In this document: in pieces, positions 51,719 to 60,906 of the stretch
Layout of the letters: the number at the start of each line of letters is the position of its first letter
Position numbering within the stretch: position 1 is the stretch's first letter
NCBI GenBank assembly: GCA_020638285.1
Contig: JACKIV010000002.1
Coordinates: 291,296-355,295 of the forward strand
Reading direction: 5' to 3'
Source of the DNA: Rhodospirillales bacterium
Lineage (GTDB): Bacteria; Pseudomonadota; Alphaproteobacteria; Micavibrionales; Micavibrionaceae
DNA length: 64,000 nt
Notes under the pieces: generated by a model
Seen by the model: the letters and a program-made list of their open reading frames with translations, nothing else
What the model was told of the DNA's origin: nothing
Databases searched by the model: none
Made by a program: the position numbers and the translations under genes

Positions 51719-52753
51719 GTGAAAGCTCCAAAGGACGCATTGAAAAGTAAAAAACAACCCTTTCCGGAGCCGTCTGCGCGGTCTTCGGAACAGGTGAGTC
51801 TGTCTCTGCGCGCGTTTGCGGCACAGCCAGCCCAAATGCAATGCGCAGACGCAGGGACCGGAGAAATTTGCCCGTTTTTCCGGGACGATACCGATATTCT
51901 GATCTGGTGCGTGGATCTTCTTTCCCAAAGTCCGATAGCCCGTGCCTTGCTGCGTGCGGCGGCTTGCGAAGGGTGGAGCGTGGGTCTGGCCGATCTTCAG
52001 GGCGGCGGATATTCTTTTGACGCGGATCAACGGACGATTCTGCTGGATCGCTGTGCGTTGTCTGCGCCTGCGCTCGGGCGGTCGGGTTATTTCCGCCATT
52101 CCTTGCTGATGGCTTTTGTCCGGGCGCTGCGGGATGTGGCTTCCGAACAGCGGTTTCATTCCATGGAAAATCACCTGACGCCCGAAGCCTTCATGATTTT
52201 GGCCCGTCTGCGGAATGCCGATTGTGATGTGATTGCGCTGGCCTGTGCGTGGGAGCTGCGCGGTGCGGGGCATCCCCACGTCTGGCGGCACATGATCGGC
52301 TCGTCCGAGGGGGATATGGCGATTGCTTTCGTAAAATATCTGGATTCTGCGCCTTCGGCGACTCTCGCGCCGGCGGCTCTGGCGGCAGCGTTTCGTCAAT
52401 GGTTTGGTGAGGATTCCCGCATGGCGTCGAGCGACCATGATGCGCTGGAGTTTCTGGATGATGTTCTGGGCTCTTCTCAAACGAGGAATCCGTTCGGACA
52501 CAGCCGCTTGAAGGCCGATCTTGTGGAATCTCTTTCGGTCTTGCCGGGTGGTGTGTGCTATCTGGCCGGAGCCGGGCGCGAAATTCTGGCCGATCCGTCT
52601 TTTCTGGATATGGAAGATCTGGTCAATCAGACCCACTTGCTTCATATTATGCGCGATCTCGAAGCCGTGATCGTTGCAGATGTCCCGTTCCGCGATGAAT
52701 CCCTTGCCCGGCGGATCTTCCCTGATGCGCCTGTCAGCCGGATGGGTGTTTGA
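51719..52753 (+). CDS. Hypothetical protein, paralogue B
   Basis: Shares collinear motifs with paralogue A (see findings). Start uncertain: GTG 51719 or ATG 51836. The listed ORF start at 51488 overlaps paralogue A. Confidence 0.55.
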   Translation: MKAPKDALKSKKQPFPEPSARSSEQVSLSLRAFAAQPAQMQCADAGTGEICPFFRDDTDILIWCVDLLSQSPIARALLRAAACEGWSVGLADLQGGGYSFDADQRTILLDRCALSAPALGRSGYFRHSLLMAFVRALRDVASEQRFHSMENHLTPEAFMILARLRNADCDVIALACAWELRGAGHPHVWRHMIGSSEGDMAIAFVKYLDSAPSATLAPAALAAAFRQWFGEDSRMASSDHDALEFLDDVLGSSQTRNPFGHSRLKADLVESLSVLPGGVCYLAGAGREILADPSFLDMEDLVNQTHLLHIMRDLEAVIVADVPFRDESLARRIFPDAPVSRMGV

Positions 52754-52888
52754 AAAACGCGCGTCCTTTTTCGCTTCGCCCATGATCTTCGTGGTAGACT
52801 GGAATCTTCTTGGCCCGTCTTTGGCCTTTGCGGTACAAAGAGATCCGGAGCTTATTTGGGAGCAGGGGGGTCATTGACGTATCATTAT

Positions 52889-53686
52889 ATGATGGACAGA
52901 TTCATGACTCTGGTATTTCAACGTCCGGATAGACGGAGAGTGTCTCTTGGAAGTATGATTTTGTTCGGGGTTCTGGCGATGTTTTCTTCGGCCAAGGCCG
53001 CTGAACCTTTTGCAGAGTCTGATGCGCCGCAAGTTTCCTCTGCGCCCGTTGTCGTTGAGCTGTTTTCCTCGGAAATCTGTATGTTCTGCCCGAAAGCCGA
53101 AGTATTTCTGGGCGATCTGGTCGCCACGAAAAATATCATCGGCCTGACCTGCATGGTGGACTACATGCAAACAGATGACAATGGGCCGGGCCGGAGCTTT
53201 TGTTCTGCGCGCCAGTCTGATTACTCTGAAAAACTCCGTTCCGGTCCGGATTACACGCCGCAGATCATTATCAATGGGGGGCGGGATGTCGTGGGCGACG
53301 AGCCCGAGACGGTGAAACAGGCGCTGGACGAGGTCGGAGAGTCGTCCGTTTTACCAATCGCGCTTGCGCCCGTTGCATCAGGGCGGTTTTCGGCAACTTT
53401 GCCGGACGTCGGGGCCCGTAACCCGCCTTTGTCCATGACTTTGTTCGTGTATCACCGCAAGGCCCATCAGGCGGGCGCTCGCGGCGTGGCGCGGGAGTGG
53501 ACGAATCTTGTCACCGATCTGCGCGTTCTTGAGTCATGGGATGGTATGGCGCAGACTCTGGCTTTCTCTTCTGCGCCGGGGGAGGGAGACGGGGTTGCCT
53601 TGCTGGCTCAGGACCCGGTCAGCGGAGCGCTTGTGGCTGCTGGAACACTGAACGCAGAAACCCCGGTCGAAAAGACAGAACCTTGA
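52889..53686 (+). CDS. DUF1223 (thioredoxin-fold) secreted protein
   Basis: Signal peptide MILFGVLAMFSSAKA. VVVELFSSEICMFCPKAE, VDY, ARQSDYSEKL and YTPQIIINGG match the ELFTSQGCSSCPPAD / RQxxY / YTPQxxVNG pattern of DUF1223. Confidence 0.7.
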   Translation: MMDRFMTLVFQRPDRRRVSLGSMILFGVLAMFSSAKAAEPFAESDAPQVSSAPVVVELFSSEICMFCPKAEVFLGDLVATKNIIGLTCMVDYMQTDDNGPGRSFCSARQSDYSEKLRSGPDYTPQIIINGGRDVVGDEPETVKQALDEVGESSVLPIALAPVASGRFSATLPDVGARNPPLSMTLFVYHRKAHQAGARGVAREWTNLVTDLRVLESWDGMAQTLAFSSAPGEGDGVALLAQDPVSGALVAAGTLNAETPVEKTEP

Positions 53687-54134
53687 GAATTCTTTCCGGT
53701 CTTGATGCCTGGCGCAGACGGGCCTGACCCCCGCCCCGGACGACTTTCAGCCCGCGATTGGCCTGAGCGCGCCGGTCAAGTTCGGCCTTGAGGGCCAGGG
53801 CCTTCTTTTCCTGAGCAAACAGCCTTCGTGCCTGATCCGCTGTCATCAGGTGATGGACGGGGAATTCGACATCCTCAAAAGCCACATAAACCCGGCATTC
53901 GTGGTATGATGCGGATGAATCGTCCGCATCGCCTCCAAAGGCCCGGTGAATGTTAAGGTTGCGCAGCGCCATGGACTGTTCCCGCGCGGCGTCGATCAAG
54001 GTGTTCAGGTCAACATCCGGATATTTCGCTGCGATAAGGGGAAAAACCTCGCCCCGTTCCTTGCGAGAGCGTACCATTACCAGATCCCATCTCACACGAA
54101 CCGGCGCTTCCTGCGAAGCTTTCTCATTTTTCAT
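53619..54134 (-). CDS. Hypothetical protein (171 aa)
   Basis: ATG preceded by GGGGAG. Protein-like composition over the first ~135 aa. Its 3' end overlaps the convergent DUF1223 gene by 68 nt. No family recognised. Confidence 0.45.
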   Translation of the reverse strand: MKNEKASQEAPVRVRWDLVMVRSRKERGEVFPLIAAKYPDVDLNTLIDAAREQSMALRNLNIHRAFGGDADDSSASYHECRVYVAFEDVEFPVHHLMTADQARRLFAQEKKALALKAELDRRAQANRGLKVVRGGGQARLRQASRPERILKVLSFRPGFLRSVFQQPQALR

Positions 54135-54355
54135 TGTTTTTTTCTCCCCTTAGCAGTATGCCCCTTATCATGAACCTTCCAGACAGGGAGTCAATCCACC
54201 AGCAGGGCGGTGCAGCAATTCCAGAAGATCGGGATTCGATGCTTCGGGAAAGAGATCTGATTTTTTCCAGACAGAACGCCAGTTTACAGCCTGTCCGGAC
54301 TGTGCCATACCTTGGATAACGGATGAAATGAAATCGGCATGGAGTTTTTGAAGAC

Positions 54356-54970
54356 ATGCGTATGAGGTTTGTTTGCCTTGTCGCACTGGCGGCGGGGACA
54401 TTGGGTCTGGGGGGGTGTGAGAGCGTTCTTCATCCGCCCGGTTCGGCGGCGGATTCGGCTCTGGCGCCTGCTGCTGTGGATACTCCGGTTGTAATTCACG
54501 GTATGCCCACCCCACCGGTTGCCATGCCGCAGGATGCGTATAACAGCTTTCTGGTCCGGGCTTATGGCGATCTGGCCGCCAAGGCGTTTCGGGAAATGGA
54601 CTGGGTGGATGGATATCGGTTTAACAGAAAAGCCGAGTTGGCTGCCCGTGCGCAAAAAATTGAGCCAGATACTCCGGAGAGCCGCTCTATCGCCGTTGCA
54701 CGGGATATGGATATTCGCCGGGCCTATGTGACGCTGCGCGGATATCTGAAACCCGAGAATGTGGTCAAGGCACCCCAGCAGATTGCCTTGGCGCTCGCGG
54801 CTTATGATTGCTGGGTTGAGGATTCAGAAGAATCCCTGTTTGAAATGCGCGAAGGGATGTGTCGAAACCAATACGAGGACGCCATTCGCAAGGTCGAAGA
54901 TGCGATTATTGATGATGCTCTGGATACCATCGAAGCGCCGGTCAGTCGGGATTGGAAGCAGACAAAATGA
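54356..54970 (+). CDS. Hypothetical lipoprotein (204 aa)
   Basis: MRMRFVCLVALAAGTLGLGGC carries a lipobox. The helical domain with AAYDCWVEDSEE resembles the N-terminal region of some alphaproteobacterial OmpA-family lipoproteins, but no OmpA domain follows. Confidence 0.6.
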   Translation: MRMRFVCLVALAAGTLGLGGCESVLHPPGSAADSALAPAAVDTPVVIHGMPTPPVAMPQDAYNSFLVRAYGDLAAKAFREMDWVDGYRFNRKAELAARAQKIEPDTPESRSIAVARDMDIRRAYVTLRGYLKPENVVKAPQQIALALAAYDCWVEDSEESLFEMREGMCRNQYEDAIRKVEDAIIDDALDTIEAPVSRDWKQTK

Positions 54971-55002
54971 AACGGGGTCCGGCATTTCTGAATTCATAAA
55001 AA

Positions 55003-55032
55003 TTTATACAAAATCAGGATTTTATACAAAAT
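55003..55032 (+). promoter_or_regulatory. Two perfect 12-bp direct repeats upstream of the subtilase-RTX gene
   Basis: TTTATACAAAAT occurs at 55003-55014 and again at 55021-55032. The copies are 18 bp apart, in the AT-rich spacer about 90 nt upstream of ATG 55119. Confidence 0.4.
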
Positions 55033-55118
55033 TAATCCGGGTATGGTGAGATGAAAGGCAGGGGGCAATTTCCGAAAAATAAATAATAAAAGACAACCGA
55101 TGTAAGCGAAACGCGAAG

Positions 55119-58100
55119 ATGGTCCAGATATCCGGACTTTCCGATGATTCGGCTTTGCTTCCCGACGATGAAGATCGCGTCGGGTCCTTACAGGTTTCTC
55201 TGTTTCCTCCGGTTGTTTCGGATGGTGTCGGCGTCTCTGTTGCGCTGGAGATGGCCTCAACGTCCGGCCTTTCACCCGTTTCCACGGCGGCAACATTTTC
55301 TTCGATCCCTGTTTCTGATCCCTTTCTTTCTGGTCTGCCTTCCGGTTTTTTAACGGTTGGCGAGGAAGCCAACGCCGTTCCCGGCGATCCGGCGTTGAAT
55401 AGTCTCAGTTCTTTTTATTCCTGGCATCTTGTCGATTCCGATGGAATCAACGTCCAGACCGCTTGGGCGGATTATACGGGCGCGGGAATCAAGGTCGCGG
55501 TGCTCGACGACGGTTTCGCGCACAACCTGTCTGATCTGTCGCCCAATTACCGGACGGATCTGGATCGAGACACGCTGGATAATGACAATGACGCGCTGAA
55601 CGGCCCAAGCGATTCTCACGGCACATGGGTTTCGAGTTTCATCGCTGCGGACGATAACGGAACCGGTCTTGTCGGTGTGGCCTTCGATTCCGACCTGATT
55701 GGCATCCGGCGCGGTTTCGGGGCGCAAACGTCTATCGACGACACGCTGGAAGGGTTCCAGCATGCGCGCACTGTTGGCGCGGATGTTATGAATAATAGCT
55801 GGGGCAGCACTGCGGCCTTCGGCGACCATTTCGGCGTCAATTTTGTCGGAACGGACTATAGCGCCGTAGGCGACGAGATGGTCAATATGGTTAGTCTTGG
55901 GCGTGGAGGGCTGGGAACCAGCATCGTTTTTTCCGCTGGAAACAGCCGTACTGACGGAGACAACGTCAATTACAAGAACTTTCAGAATTCCCCTTATGTC
56001 ATCACCGTCGGCGCGACAGACAGCAATGGCGATGTAACGTCCTTCAGCACGCCCGGCGCGGCGATTTTGCTGTCTGCGCCGGGGCAGGCCGTTCCGGCCT
56101 ATAATACGGACGGCAGTATTTCGGCAGTTTCCGGGACGTCTTTTTCCGGTCCGATCGTCGCCGCCGTGGTTGCCCTGATATACGACGCCAATCCGAATCT
56201 CGGATACCGCGATGTGCAGGATATTCTGGCCTTGTCTGCGCGCAAAACGGACGCGAGTGATCCGGGATGGCAGGATAACGGGGCCGGAAACTGGAACGGC
56301 GGAGGGATGCATTTCAGCCATGATTACGGTTTCGGTCTCGTGGATGCGACTGCTGCGGTGCGTCTCGCCGAGACATGGCAGGGAACGCAGACTTATTCCA
56401 ATATGACGCGAATCGATACCGCGACATCCAGCCCGGCTCTGAACATCCCCTCCAGCGGCACCGTGACGACGACGATCAACGTCGCGCAGGATATCCAGAT
56501 TGAAAAACTTCTGATTGATCTTGATCTGTCTCACGCCAAGACCGGGGATCTGGTGGTGACTCTGATTTCCCCCGATGGCACCGAAAGCGTCCTTGTGAAC
56601 CGGATTGATAACGGAACCTTTGTCAGCCAGTACGGGATTACCGGTATTGATTTCCAGATGAGCACCAATGCGAACTGGGGCGAGGGCAGCGCGGGAACCT
56701 GGACCTTGAAAATCGACGACATGGCGGCGGGAAATTCCGGAACGCTCAATGCCTGGTCGATGAGCTTTCTGGGTAACGCTATGCCCACGGATGACCTGTA
56801 TGTCTACAGCAATGAGTTTTCCATAGCCTCGGGCGCGCGGTTGACCTTGAGCGATTCCGATGGCGGAACCGATACAATCAACGCCGCCATGGTCACAACC
56901 GGGATGACGGTGAATCTGAACGGGGGAAGCGCCAGCACCATAGCAGGGAAAACATTGACCATCGCCTCTGGAACCGTCATTGAGAAATTCTATGGTGGAG
57001 ACGGGGCGGATACGGTTACGGGCAACGGCGCCGCTAATGAAATCCATGGCGGTCGTGGAAACGATATGTTATCGGGCGGCGGCGGCAACGACACGCTCGA
57101 CGGCGGTGCGGGAACGGATACCGCTCTTTATGCCCTTTCGGCGGATAACTTCGATTTCACTTTCAACACTGCAACCACCGTCACTGTGACGCATAAAAAC
57201 GGTGGGTCGGAAGGGACGGATACCCTGATCGACATTGAGAATTTCACATTCAACGGAACAACTTACAGTCGCGCAGCTCTCGAATCCTACGTGGCGGCGC
57301 GCAGCGCGGTGACCTTGCCGATTCTCGTGAGCATGAATATCGGCGGCACGACTTATAACGTCACATCCTCTTCCGCCGGAACCAGCACTGTGACAGCGGA
57401 AGATATGGGCTATGGCGGATCAAGCGGAAACCAGTTCTCGATAACCCGCGCGGGCAATGCCCTGACGCTCGATGTCCTCGACCCCAATGCGCCCTCGGCC
57501 TTGACCCTCCGGGCCTCAGGCAGCGGTGACACGATTACGGTCAATGGCGCGCATCCGACGCTTTCGGTTCTTTTGCGCGGCGGCGGCGGCGGAGATACCC
57601 TCACCGTCAATGTCGATAATGCCAATACGCTGTATGGCTATGGTGGCAATGATACGCTCTCGGGTGGCGGGGGCGCAGACCGGATCGACGGGGGTGACGG
57701 CACCGATATTCTGTCCGGCGGCGCAGGTGCGGACATCCTGACGGGAGGGAACGGAGATGATACCGTCAATGGAGGAGAGGGGGACGATACGCTGTATGGC
57801 GGCGTTGGTGCTGACACGGTCAATGGCGGCGCGGGCGCGGATCGTATTTACGGTCAGGACGGGGACGATATCCTGAGCGGCGGAGACGACAACGATACGA
57901 TCAATGGCGGGAACGACAATGATACGATCAACGGAGATGCCGGAGACGACAAGCTGTATGGTGATGCGGGCGATGATCTCCTGTATGGCGGAGATGGCAT
58001 TGATACGCTGTATGGCGGCGATGACAGCGATACACTGTACGGCGATGCCGGTGCGGATCGGCTGATGGGCGGGGCGGGGGACGATACGCTGTATGGCGGC

Positions 58101-58661
58101 GACGATGCCGATATTCTTAAAGGAGAAAATGGAAACGATACGCTCTATGGCGATGATGCCGATGATCTTTTATATGGCGGGGCGGGGGGAGATGCGCTTT
58201 ACGGCGGGGCGGGAGCCGATATGTTGTCTGGTGAGGATGGCAACGATACGCTGGATGGCGGCGCGGGGGACGACGTGCTGCGCGGCGGGAACGGCGACGA
58301 CGTCCTGATTGGCGGGGACGGTGCCGACCGATTCTATGGGGACGCGGGATCGGATGTCTATGGCCTGACGATGATCGACGGCGCAATAGACCGATTTTAC
58401 GGGTTTACCTTGAGCGGGCCGGAGCAGGACAGCGTCAATATCACCGATATCTTGAGCGGGTTTACCCCGGGATCAAGCGATATCAACGATTTTGTCAAGC
58501 TGGTCTATATGAATGCGGCGCGCACGGATATCCAGATTGATGCCAATGGTGGAGCGGATGCGTTCGTGACGGTGGCTCAGGTCATGGGCGACTGGTCCGG
58601 TCAGACCGCTCAGGGGCTTTATGACGCAGGAACGATTATCGCCAACCAAAGCCTTCTTTAA
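55119..58661 (+). CDS. Subtilisin-like (S8) serine protease with proprotein-convertase P-domain and RTX repeats (type I secretion substrate)
   Basis: Catalytic triad contexts VAVLDDGFAHN (Asp), SHGTWVSSFIAA (His), SGTSFSGPIVAA (Ser), plus NNSWG. P-domain: GDLVVTLISPDGTESVLVNR and GTWTLKIDDMAAGNSGTLNAWSMSFLG. More than 25 GGxGxD nonapeptides. No N-terminal signal peptide. C-terminal secretion-type tail. Confidence 0.88.
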   Translation: MVQISGLSDDSALLPDDEDRVGSLQVSLFPPVVSDGVGVSVALEMASTSGLSPVSTAATFSSIPVSDPFLSGLPSGFLTVGEEANAVPGDPALNSLSSFYSWHLVDSDGINVQTAWADYTGAGIKVAVLDDGFAHNLSDLSPNYRTDLDRDTLDNDNDALNGPSDSHGTWVSSFIAADDNGTGLVGVAFDSDLIGIRRGFGAQTSIDDTLEGFQHARTVGADVMNNSWGSTAAFGDHFGVNFVGTDYSAVGDEMVNMVSLGRGGLGTSIVFSAGNSRTDGDNVNYKNFQNSPYVITVGATDSNGDVTSFSTPGAAILLSAPGQAVPAYNTDGSISAVSGTSFSGPIVAAVVALIYDANPNLGYRDVQDILALSARKTDASDPGWQDNGAGNWNGGGMHFSHDYGFGLVDATAAVRLAETWQGTQTYSNMTRIDTATSSPALNIPSSGTVTTTINVAQDIQIEKLLIDLDLSHAKTGDLVVTLISPDGTESVLVNRIDNGTFVSQYGITGIDFQMSTNANWGEGSAGTWTLKIDDMAAGNSGTLNAWSMSFLGNAMPTDDLYVYSNEFSIASGARLTLSDSDGGTDTINAAMVTTGMTVNLNGGSASTIAGKTLTIASGTVIEKFYGGDGADTVTGNGAANEIHGGRGNDMLSGGGGNDTLDGGAGTDTALYALSADNFDFTFNTATTVTVTHKNGGSEGTDTLIDIENFTFNGTTYSRAALESYVAARSAVTLPILVSMNIGGTTYNVTSSSAGTSTVTAEDMGYGGSSGNQFSITRAGNALTLDVLDPNAPSALTLRASGSGDTITVNGAHPTLSVLLRGGGGGDTLTVNVDNANTLYGYGGNDTLSGGGGADRIDGGDGTDILSGGAGADILTGGNGDDTVNGGEGDDTLYGGVGADTVNGGAGADRIYGQDGDDILSGGDDNDTINGGNDNDTINGDAGDDKLYGDAGDDLLYGGDGIDTLYGGDDSDTLYGDAGADRLMGGAGDDTLYGGDDADILKGENGNDTLYGDDADDLLYGGAGGDALYGGAGADMLSGEDGNDTLDGGAGDDVLRGGNGDDVLIGGDGADRFYGDAGSDVYGLTMIDGAIDRFYGFTLSGPEQDSVNITDILSGFTPGSSDINDFVKLVYMNAARTDIQIDANGGADAFVTVAQVMGDWSGQTAQGLYDAGTIIANQSLL

Positions 58662-58666
58662 GAATT

Positions 58667-60010
58667 TCAAGACGCCTTGCGGACGGATTTCCGGTCGCCC
58701 TCTACTTCGGGTCTGCCGATGGAGACATAGTGGAATCCGCGTCCGCGCATCTCGGGAATCTTGTAAATGTTGCGCAGGTCGATCAGGCGTTTCTGTGACA
58801 TGGATTCGCCGATCCGGTCCAGATTCAGGGCGCGGAACTCGTTCCATTCCGTCAGGATAACAAGAGCATCTGTGCCGTTTGCAGCCTCGTAGGCGTCTTT
58901 GCACCACACTATGCCGGGCAGGAGGGGTGCGGCAGTGTCCATCGCGGCGGGGTCAAATGCGTGGATTTTTGCTCCAGCGGCCTGAAGCGCGGGCAGAACC
59001 ACAAGGCTTGGCGCGTCGCGCACGTCGTCCGTATTGGGCTTGAACGCCACGCCCAGAACGCCGATTTTCAAGTCCTTGACCGATCCGCCGCACGCGGCAA
59101 TGATCTTTTCCGCCATGGCGCGCTGGCGGTCTGCGTTGACCTGAATTACGGCTTCGACAATACGCTGCGGCGCGCCGAAGTCCCGGCCTGTCTGGGCCAG
59201 AGCGAGCGTGTCTTTGGGAAAGCAGGAGCCGCCATAACCGGGCCCGGCATGCAGGAATTTTGCGCCGATCCGCCCGTCCAGCCCCATGGCGCGCGCCACG
59301 TCCTGAACATTCGCGCCTGCTTTTTCGCACAGATTGGCGATTTCATTGATAAAGCTGATCTTGGTGGCCAGAAAGGCGTTGCTGGCATATTTGATAATCT
59401 CCGCCGTCTCGGGCGTTGTGACTGCGATGGGCGTTTCGTTCAGGTAAAGCGGCCTGTACAGGGCGCGCAGAACCTCTATCGCCCGGTCGGACGTGGCGCC
59501 CAGCACCACGCGGTCGGGGCGCAGAAAGTCGGTGATCGCCGCGCCTTCGCGCAGAAATTCCGGGTTGGAGCACACGTCGAACTCTCCGTTCGGGCAGACC
59601 TGGCGCAGGATTTTTTCAATCTCGCGGGCGGTGCCGACGGGGACCGTCGATTTCGTGACGACGACCGTATAGCCGGTCATGTGCGCGCCGATGTCTCTGG
59701 CCGCCTGATAGACATAAGACAAATCCGCATGGCCGTCATCTTTGCGCGGCGGCGTGCCGACGGCGATAAAGACCGCGTCCGATCCCCGCACGGCCTGCGC
59801 CAGATCCGTCGTAAAGGACAGGCGTCCGGCGGCAACCTGTTTGGCCACCAGATCGTCGAGGCCGGGTTCGTAAATCGGGATTTCCCCGGCCTTCAGGCGG
59901 TCGATTTTTCCAGCGTCCTTGTCCACGCAGACCACGTCGATGCCAAATTCCGCAAAGCAGGTCCCGGACACCAGTCCGACATATCCCGTTCCGACCACTC
60001 CGATACGCAT
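58667..60010 (-). CDS. ugd: UDP-glucose 6-dehydrogenase
   Basis: MRIGVVGTGYVGLVSGTCFAEFG, GEIPIYEPGLDDLV, and the catalytic Cys context GGSCFPKDT. 447 aa. Confidence 0.94.
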   Translation of the reverse strand: MRIGVVGTGYVGLVSGTCFAEFGIDVVCVDKDAGKIDRLKAGEIPIYEPGLDDLVAKQVAAGRLSFTTDLAQAVRGSDAVFIAVGTPPRKDDGHADLSYVYQAARDIGAHMTGYTVVVTKSTVPVGTAREIEKILRQVCPNGEFDVCSNPEFLREGAAITDFLRPDRVVLGATSDRAIEVLRALYRPLYLNETPIAVTTPETAEIIKYASNAFLATKISFINEIANLCEKAGANVQDVARAMGLDGRIGAKFLHAGPGYGGSCFPKDTLALAQTGRDFGAPQRIVEAVIQVNADRQRAMAEKIIAACGGSVKDLKIGVLGVAFKPNTDDVRDAPSLVVLPALQAAGAKIHAFDPAAMDTAAPLLPGIVWCKDAYEAANGTDALVILTEWNEFRALNLDRIGESMSQKRLIDLRNIYKIPEMRGRGFHYVSIGRPEVEGDRKSVRKAS

Positions 60011-60103
60011 GACAACAGGCCTCTTCGATATGTTTTTCCACGTTTTTCCCGAAAACTGGGCCGGAGCTTACAGGGTTTCCCCGCTCTGTCAATCAGGCAA
60101 AGC

Positions 60104-60508
60104 CTATTCTTTCTCCATAATGCATTGCAGGGGTTGTTCGTTCGTGCGGGCGAAATCCATCACCTGCCCCACCCGCGTTTCCGCAATCTCATAGGTATAG
60201 ATGCCGCACAGACCAACCCCCCGGCGATGAACGTGGAGCATGATTTCCGTGGCTTCCTCGCGGGTTTTGGAGAAAAACCGCTCCAGAACCAGGACAACAA
60301 AGTCCATCGGCGTGTAATCGTCGTTGAGAATCAGGACCTTGTACATGGATGGTTTGCCCGTCTTCGGACGGGTTTTGAGGAGGAGGCCGGTTCTGGAGTC
60401 TCCCTCGCGGCCCGGATCGCCACGATTCGGATCGTCTCCGCCCGGCCCCTCAGGCGGCGGCCCGGCAACCGGGGCGTCAAGACGTCTATTGAAACAGGAG
60501 CGCGGCAT
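60104..60508 (-). CDS. clpS: ATP-dependent Clp protease adaptor ClpS
   Basis: [27 protein letters not shown]...[29 protein letters not shown]. Pro/Gly/Asp-rich N-terminal extension. Start at the internal ATG (MPRSCF). Confidence 0.88.
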   Translation of the reverse strand: MPRSCFNRRLDAPVAGPPPEGPGGDDPNRGDPGREGDSRTGLLLKTRPKTGKPSMYKVLILNDDYTPMDFVVLVLERFFSKTREEATEIMLHVHRRGVGLCGIYTYEIAETRVGQVMDFARTNEQPLQCIMEKE

Positions 60509-60602
60509 ATCCAAAAAGTCCTGACACGGTTGCAAAACCAAAGCAAGGGAGCGAATCCCGCATGATTCTAGGGCGGCGAGCGCGCTGCGGCAAGGGGGGC
60601 GC

Positions 60603-60815
60603 TTACAAAAGCCCTTTCTTTTTCATCACGAATTCGAGGCGCTTGAGGGCGTTGCGCTTGAGCAACTCCTGCGGCGCATTCACCGGGCCCTGAATGGCGA
60701 TTTCGGTCAGGCTGGCCGCGTCGATGGCCGAGACGCGCACATACGCCCCCACGGGATGAAACTCAAAAATAATCTCGCGGCCGGACAGAGGATTTTCTTC
60801 CATGGGCGTCATCAT
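60603..60815 (-). CDS. Small conserved hypothetical protein (~70 aa)
   Basis: Only the C-terminal 70 codons of the 171-aa ORF look like protein ([33 protein letters not shown]...[12 protein letters not shown]). I recall similar small proteins in alphaproteobacteria. The upstream part of the ORF overlaps gcdH and is rejected. No clear SD. Confidence 0.5.
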   Translation of the reverse strand: MMTPMEENPLSGREIIFEFHPVGAYVRVSAIDAASLTEIAIQGPVNAPQELLKRNALKRLEFVMKKKGLL

Positions 60816-60906
60816 AATCGCGGCGGCGCGCAGAAAACAAGGGGCTGGTTCACGGGATGCCGGCATGATAGAATCTTGCGGAAAATGATGCCGGAGTTTC
60901 CATCCC

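Noticed and set aside
51599-52783. 394-aa minus-strand ORF opposite paralogue B
   Set aside because: Arg/Gly/Pro-rich shadow. The plus-strand frame shows paralogy to the upstream gene, which the minus frame does not.
55350-57047. 565-aa minus-strand ORF inside the subtilase gene
   Set aside because: Antisense shadow. The catalytic triad and P-domain motifs are on the plus strand.
57400-58400. Periodic DNA repeats that could be mistaken for a tandem-repeat locus or CRISPR-like array
   Set aside because: The periodicity is 27 nt and degenerate, and it lies in frame with GGxGxDxUx coding repeats. There is no alternation of constant repeats and unique spacers. The same applies to 43000-43700.
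58961-60565. 534-aa plus-strand ORF
   Set aside because: It runs antisense through ugd, the spacer and clpS. The composition is typical of a shadow ORF.
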